This document shows positions 26,581 to 32,000 of a DNA stretch of 32,000 nt, one piece after another. Made by a program: the position numbers and the translations under genes. How positions within the stretch are numbered: the first letter of the stretch is position 1; each line of letters begins with the position of its first letter. The stretch comes from Candidatus Heimdallarchaeota archaeon B3_Heim (GTDB lineage: Archaea > Asgardarchaeota > Heimdallarchaeia > Hodarchaeales > Hodarchaeaceae), in NCBI GenBank assembly GCA_003144275.1, contig NJBF01000017.1, positions 30,001-62,000 on the forward strand, given 5' to 3'. Under the pieces are notes generated by a model. The model did not search any database. It saw only the letters and a program-made list of their open reading frames with translations, and had not been told where the DNA came from.

Positions 26581-27351
26581 TTAGAATTTCACCTGATAGT
26601 AGATTCGTATTCGAGTTCCAACACGATTAGAGGTTACAGAGAAGTTATATTTCTGTTTATTCAGCTCTTCTTCTAAAACAGGTTTCAATTTCGGCAATGT
26701 CAACTGGAAAAATACTGGAGGAGGGGCTTGGAACTTTTTAACTTCAGATAGTAAAGCTAGGATAAATTCATGACCTTTTTCCCCACCTACAAGCTCTGAA
26801 AAATTGCCTACAAATCCTCTACTCGAAGATTTGTGTTGTTGATAGTATTTCTCATTATATTGTGGAGGATTACATAAAATTAAATCGAATTCAGATAGTT
26901 GGGGGAGAAGACCGATAATAATTTCACTATTTGACTTCACCAGAGTAATTCTATCTTGAAGCTTATTCCTTTGAAAATTCGAACCTGCACTTTCAATAGC
27001 TTCTTCATCGATTTCGGTTGCCGTTACTGATATTCCCAAGCGGCCTAACATTAATGATAATATTCCTGATGCCCCTGTGCCAATTTCTAGCACATTAAGG
27101 GGTTTAAATTGGAGGATATATTTCAAAAATGCCCATCGACTACATATGGTGGGAATTAAATAACCCTCGGGTAGGTCAAATTCTAAATCCATAAATTCTT
27201 TGAGAATTAGCTTGTTGTATAGAAGCAAGGCCTTAGAATTTCCCAAATCTAGTCCTTTCTCTGTCATATACATAGCTAGATCAGGATTGATCTCTAATGC
27301 CTGTTTAACAGGAATACCACACTTCTTAGAAGGGAAAGATGATACAGTCAT
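26581..27351 (-). CDS. RlmF/METTL16-family N6-adenine RNA methyltransferase
   Basis: DLPEGYLIPTI, LEIGTGASGI, ATEID, CNPPQY, GGEKG. Confidence 0.8.
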   Translation of the reverse strand: MTVSSFPSKKCGIPVKQALEINPDLAMYMTEKGLDLGNSKALLLYNKLILKEFMDLEFDLPEGYLIPTICSRWAFLKYILQFKPLNVLEIGTGASGILSLMLGRLGISVTATEIDEEAIESAGSNFQRNKLQDRITLVKSNSEIIIGLLPQLSEFDLILCNPPQYNEKYYQQHKSSSRGFVGNFSELVGGEKGHEFILALLSEVKKFQAPPPVFFQLTLPKLKPVLEEELNKQKYNFSVTSNRVGTRIRIYYQVKF

Positions 27352-27465
27352 AGATGTTCCTTAAGATATGCATTTTGAACATCATACCAAAAAAGAAATG
27401 GGTTGAAGTGATAAGAGATTCTCACTTGATTATACTCGAAAAAATCTGTTGAAAGGGTTTCATCA

Positions 27466-28701
27466 ATGACAAATAAAACAAATCTCAACTGGAAAATTAA
27501 TACATTAGCACTCCATGGAGGAGAAGAGGAGAAATTTGCTGATTCTCATTTAATGCCGATTTTCGCCACGTCTACGTTTTCATTTCCCAATGTGGACGTC
27601 GGAAAGGCCCGTTTCTCTGGTGAAGAAGCGGGTTACATCTATACTCGACTTGGTAATCCTACAGTTCGTGAATCTGAGAGAAAATTAGCCCTCCTTGAGG
27701 GATTAAACCTGATGAAAAACGGAGTAAAAGTTGAAGGACACGCATTTGCAACAGGCATGGCAGGTATTTCTACGGTACTGATGGCTTTAACTAAAACGGA
27801 TGAAAATATCATTGCCACCAACCCCTTATACGGGGGAACCAATTACCTCCTTAATGGAATTCTAAAACCCTATGGAGTAACCACAACGTTTGTTGATACA
27901 GCGGGTGAAAGAGGGCCAGAACGAGTGAATGAACAGGTAAAAAATTACACGAAGGTTGTATATTTAGAAAGCCCAACCAATCCTAATCTTGCTGTAAGCG
28001 ACATTGAAGCAATCTCCAAAGTGGCTAAAGAACAAGAAATTCCTGTTGTTATTGATAATACGTTTGCTACACCTATTTTACAGCGCCCATTGGAGTTAGG
28101 AGCCAGTGTATCCCTTCATTCTACAACTAAATATCTAAATGGGCATGGTACAACTGTATCGGGTATTTTAGCCTTCGCCAATCTATCTGAGGAACAAGAG
28201 ACTAGACTGAAGTTTGTAAAAAAGAATTTAGGTGCTACTCAATCTCCATTTGATAGTTTTCTTGTATTACAAGGGATGAAAACACTTCCTCTTAGAGTAG
28301 AACGACATTGTAAAAATGCCCAAATTATTGCAGAGTATTTAGAAGAGCATCCGAAAGTGGAAAATGTCTACTATCCAGGATTAAGTTCACATCCTCAGCA
28401 CTCACTTGCCAAAAAACAGATGAATGGAAAGTATGGAGGTATGGTTGCCTGTGAACTGAAGGGAGGTATTGAAGCAGGAAAAATACTACAAAATAATGTT
28501 GAAATATTTACCTTAGCAGTATCTTTGGGGTGTGTTGATTCACTAATACAACATCCTGCAAGTATGACTCACGCCTCTGTCCCCAAGGATATACGTTTGC
28601 AGGGAGGTATCACAGATGGTCTGGTTCGTATTTCAGTGGGTTTAGAAGATTCTGAAGATTTGATTGAGGATCTAGATCAAGCTCTCGCAAAAATTACTTG
28701 A
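27466..28701 (+). CDS. Cys/Met-metabolism PLP enzyme (methionine gamma-lyase/cystathionine gamma-lyase-like)
   Basis: YTRLGNPT, FATGMAG, ESPTNP, DNTFATP, HSTTKYLNGH (PLP Lys), LAVSLG, HPASMTH, LVRISVGLED. Confidence 0.92.
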   Translation: MTNKTNLNWKINTLALHGGEEEKFADSHLMPIFATSTFSFPNVDVGKARFSGEEAGYIYTRLGNPTVRESERKLALLEGLNLMKNGVKVEGHAFATGMAGISTVLMALTKTDENIIATNPLYGGTNYLLNGILKPYGVTTTFVDTAGERGPERVNEQVKNYTKVVYLESPTNPNLAVSDIEAISKVAKEQEIPVVIDNTFATPILQRPLELGASVSLHSTTKYLNGHGTTVSGILAFANLSEEQETRLKFVKKNLGATQSPFDSFLVLQGMKTLPLRVERHCKNAQIIAEYLEEHPKVENVYYPGLSSHPQHSLAKKQMNGKYGGMVACELKGGIEAGKILQNNVEIFTLAVSLGCVDSLIQHPASMTHASVPKDIRLQGGITDGLVRISVGLEDSEDLIEDLDQALAKIT

Positions 28702-28703
28702 AT

Positions 28704-29585
28704 TTAATTAGTAATTCTCGATTTGATCGACCCTTCAATTAGATCAGCTATCATAGTTGCTCCCCGTGTATTCAAATGAAGATAATCAAGATGGAGTTTG
28801 AATCCAGCTTTTTTCGAAATTGAATCCCAACTTCTAAGAAGTAAATAGCGTTGAATAGCAGACCATAGCGATAAACTTCTCCCTTTCTCATAAGTAAACC
28901 GAGGGGTTGCTGGATTCTTCAAAAAATAGGAAATCATTCTGTCTTGTAAGGGAAGACATTCAATTTCATATTCTTGCGCGATTTCTTGAATTACAACGCT
29001 ATATTTTCTAGTATGAAGAAAATACTTACTTTCAGGTGATTCACCAATTGTGGGAAGAGTGAGTAATACTAATTGTGCCTGAGTTTCATTTTTTAAACGG
29101 GTAATAATTTTCTTTAAGGATGATTTATACCATTCAAGATCAGGACTCTGCGGTAATTTCATTCGTTTGATGTAGTCCTGAAGATTGAATGGTGAAAGAA
29201 CAGCATTGGCATCATTTGAACCAATAAGGATTGTGATGATATCTGGTTCACACTGGATGATTTCATCCAATCTTTCTAAAACGTTCCAGGCAAGATTTGA
29301 ATCGATCCCAGCATTGATAAATTCATACTCTGAACCGAATCGTTGTCGTAAAATTCGAACATAATTGGTACTCATTCGTCCATGTGTTATACTATCACCG
29401 ATACAAGCAACAACAGTATTCTTCCTTATTTTTTCGTTTTTTTGACGGTTGTATTTATCAGGGGTATTTTCAGGTAATTTCATTATTTGATGATAGATAT
29501 AATACGCGATGAGAAGTACCACCGCAAGTAAAATTAGGAAAATAGTTATAATTGTTAGTAAAGCTTCAAATAATTCACTAGACAC
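28704..29585 (-). CDS. Membrane-anchored SGNH/GDSL hydrolase
   Basis: N-terminal TM, GDSIT (block I), NAGIDSN, IGSND, DYLH (DxxH). Confidence 0.88.
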   Translation of the reverse strand: MSSELFEALLTIITIFLILLAVVLLIAYYIYHQIMKLPENTPDKYNRQKNEKIRKNTVVACIGDSITHGRMSTNYVRILRQRFGSEYEFINAGIDSNLAWNVLERLDEIIQCEPDIITILIGSNDANAVLSPFNLQDYIKRMKLPQSPDLEWYKSSLKKIITRLKNETQAQLVLLTLPTIGESPESKYFLHTRKYSVVIQEIAQEYEIECLPLQDRMISYFLKNPATPRFTYEKGRSLSLWSAIQRYLLLRSWDSISKKAGFKLHLDYLHLNTRGATMIADLIEGSIKSRITN

Positions 29586-29904
29586 GATTCTACCTTCTCC
29601 AATAGATATATTCAGGGTTTAGCAGTTGATGACCCTCAATTGATCTCACCATAGCATAAATTGCTAGTTGTTAAAACTAACTTGACTTATACTAACTCGA
29701 TTCAAACTTCTTTTAAACACAACTGGAATGAAATTCCGTACATTCAATTTTGAAAAAATCTAATAACCTAGGAAAACCTGAAACTGGCAAAGTGGGAGAT
29801 TATACTTTTTCTAGTTCATTACAGAAATAAATTTTGTCATTGTTGGACATAGGGAAATTCTATATAATTGGAAGTTTGATCAATTAAAAGACCGACATAA
29901 AAGG

Positions 29905-31626
29905 ATGAGAACAAATATGAGTGTCCGAGAAATGGTGCAATCTGGAAAATCAAGTCATCTCTTCATAGCTACTCTTCCTTCTTCGTATTTCTGGATTGCG
30001 GGTACTTTTTTCTTTTTAATTAAAGGATTTCAACTAATTGAGTATGCAAAAGAACATTCTCTTTTAACTGGTTTCTTGGGAACCACAGCAGCAGGAGATT
30101 TGCTTATTGGAATTTTTTATGCAGTTCCCCCCCTTGTAGCAATTGGTCTGGTCGGCCAATTGATCGACAATCGTCCATATTTACTCGGAAAAATCACATT
30201 CATCAGCCTCCTTGTATCATCTACTGCGCTTCTTCTATTTGTTATTGCACTAAAAATGCTAATCGCACCAATAACTCTAATTCTAGTTACAGTATTCCTA
30301 ACAGCACTTGCAAGTCTTGCTACTGCGAGTCATACATCTTTCGGAGCCATTACAAAATGGAACTACCGGGGAAGGGGATTTGCCCTGGGAAATTTCATAT
30401 TCGGTATAACAATTGTAGGACTACTTCTAATTTCTGGAATATTTAACTTGGATTTCTTCTTTTCACTTTTGATTATATCATTACTCGGTTTTTTGCTAAG
30501 TATTTTGTTCTATTACACAACTCGAAGCTGGGTTTATTGGCAAAATGACAAATGGCCCACAAAAACATCCCAAATTTTGGTGCGCCAATCAGTAAAAGCT
30601 TATTTTTTCTCACATCTTCTTATATATTTAATGCTGGGATTAACAATAGGGAGCTTGGCTCAAGAAGGTGTTAAAGCAAATTATTCAAGTTTTTTTGGCA
30701 TAGAATTGGGAGCTTTTGAAACTTTTTGGGCGATAGTCATTTTAGGGACTATTATTTTTGTAATCCCTGCGGGGTTCTTGTCGGACATGATAGGTCGTAA
30801 GGATCTAACTATTATGGCAACTTATGGCATTGTCCTCGCCTCGCTAATTGCATCCCTCCATGGATTGTTAGATCCAAATTTTGACTCCTTAGTTTATGTT
30901 TTGACTGCTTTTACGATTGGGGTATCCTTTGCCTTCCTCCATCCCACTCTTGACAGCAGTTTATGGATTGATTTATCATCTAAAGACTCTATTGGTCGTT
31001 ATTGTGATATTAATGTCTATTCTCTTGTAACAGGCCTAGCAGCTGGATTTGGAATTAGTTATTTTTTCCTAAGTACGCTTATTGAATATAGAAATATCAT
31101 GGTTTTGATGTATATCGGATTAGCTGTGTTGGCTGTTCTCCCATTATTCTGGGTAAGCGATTCTTTTCCACCACTCGAGTTTTTTCTCTTACTGGTCATT
31201 AATGATGCAGGAATACCTATTTTTCATTACTCCTTTAGGAGAAAGAAAGAATTGCTAGTTGATTTACCATTAATAGCTGGAGCATTATCGGCAGTAGGGA
31301 CCTTCATGTCGGAAGCTACTGGAGAAACAGGAGCCAAACTCAATCTAGTTAGACACGGAACACACGTTATTCTCTCAGATCAAAGCGATGATATGGGATT
31401 GACCGCTACCATTTTCGCTAATAAAAATGATCCTGAATTACAGATTATTCTGTCAAAATTTCTACGACGGTTTCGGGAAAGATTTTCTAAGGAGTTAAGT
31501 GAGTGGAAAGGGGATATACTTCCGTTTGAGAATGCTGTTGAGGATGCTGAGGAGATTTTTGGTCCTTTAATTACAATCGCTACCGACGACCCTATGATCA
31601 AAACCTCTCAGGGTGAAAGGGCTTAA
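29905..31626 (+). CDS. 12-TM MFS-type transporter fused to a C-terminal longin/roadblock-like soluble domain
   Basis: Twelve hydrophobic segments; motif-A-like GQLIDNRP and GFLSDMIGRK; C-terminal LLVINDAGIPIFHYSF...LIAGALSAVGTFMSE...LSKFLRRFRERF is a longin-like pattern. Confidence 0.78.
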   Translation: MRTNMSVREMVQSGKSSHLFIATLPSSYFWIAGTFFFLIKGFQLIEYAKEHSLLTGFLGTTAAGDLLIGIFYAVPPLVAIGLVGQLIDNRPYLLGKITFISLLVSSTALLLFVIALKMLIAPITLILVTVFLTALASLATASHTSFGAITKWNYRGRGFALGNFIFGITIVGLLLISGIFNLDFFFSLLIISLLGFLLSILFYYTTRSWVYWQNDKWPTKTSQILVRQSVKAYFFSHLLIYLMLGLTIGSLAQEGVKANYSSFFGIELGAFETFWAIVILGTIIFVIPAGFLSDMIGRKDLTIMATYGIVLASLIASLHGLLDPNFDSLVYVLTAFTIGVSFAFLHPTLDSSLWIDLSSKDSIGRYCDINVYSLVTGLAAGFGISYFFLSTLIEYRNIMVLMYIGLAVLAVLPLFWVSDSFPPLEFFLLLVINDAGIPIFHYSFRRKKELLVDLPLIAGALSAVGTFMSEATGETGAKLNLVRHGTHVILSDQSDDMGLTATIFANKNDPELQIILSKFLRRFRERFSKELSEWKGDILPFENAVEDAEEIFGPLITIATDDPMIKTSQGERA

Positions 31627-31716
31627 ATAGCATGTGTTTTTCATAGTATTTACACATATATCCTTACATTATTTCAGTTAACTTTATAAATAGAAAAAAC
31701 TATATTTATCTTACAC

Positions 31717-31998
31717 CTACAACGGAGTAATACCATTGGCAGTTAGTTCGCGAACATCTCCTAAACTTGCTGAAGTTGCTTTTCCCTCCCTAATTCCCGT
31801 GATTTTAAGTTTGTATAAAGCTAAAACCGAACTTCGTGATAAAAAGAAAGATCCTCAATAGCTTTGTTAGCGATGTCTGGGGGCTTTATCAAATATTTCT
31901 GTTAAAGACGGTAATCTAGTATTGGGTGTTACATACCAAATGAAAGAATTTTTTAAGTCAGCTACCTTATTTCCTCTAAAATACTCCAGAAATACAAA
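31717..31998 (-). pseudogene. Possible 3' end of an unidentified gene running off the window, interrupted by two in-frame stops
   Basis: The minus frame is open 31998-31870, has stops at 31867 and 31855, then is open again to 31717. Two compensating homopolymer indels would restore one frame. Confidence 0.25.
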
Positions 31999-32000
31999 GG

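Noticed and set aside
27466-28701. Specific assignment as methionine gamma-lyase (mgl/megL)
   Set aside because: It has LYGGT rather than the LYGCT Cys typical of characterised MGLs, so substrate specificity cannot be fixed from sequence.
29586-29904. Longest intergenic gap (~320 bp) as possible ncRNA, tRNA or CRISPR array
   Set aside because: No cloverleaf, regular repeats, GC-rich stems or homologous ORF fragment recognised; consistent with a divergent promoter region.
1743-31601. Numerous 60-125 aa ORFs nested in or antisense to larger genes (e.g. 2333..2674, 4025..4300, 7048..7338, 13740..14117, 31380..31601)
   Set aside because: They overlap motif-bearing genes almost entirely and show no recognisable domains, as expected by chance.

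Overview
AT-rich, gene-dense archaeal window. Asgard/Heimdallarchaeia-like origin is inferred from an MFS transporter fused to a longin/roadblock-type domain, a 7TM protein ending in an orphan His-kinase H-box, and archaeal TATA-like boxes; it was not verified by a search. The left half (1-16.5 kb) is a peptide transport/processing locus with two arms transcribed away from a ~9.0-9.4 kb intergenic region. Left arm: OPT-like membrane protein, TldD, PmbA, a Cys-motif protein, a small FtsX-type permease and two LolD/MacB-type ATPases. Right arm: a large FtsX-type permease, TldD, PmbA and two signal-less M28 peptidases. A fifth TldD/PmbA-family gene and a CbiX-like chelatase sit at the left edge. 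The right half holds mixed metabolic, redox and RNA-processing genes, a beta-helix surface protein flanked by a GNAT gene and a GNAT 3' remnant missing from the ORF track, and the MFS-longin fusion. No rRNA, tRNA, CRISPR array or transposase was recognised.
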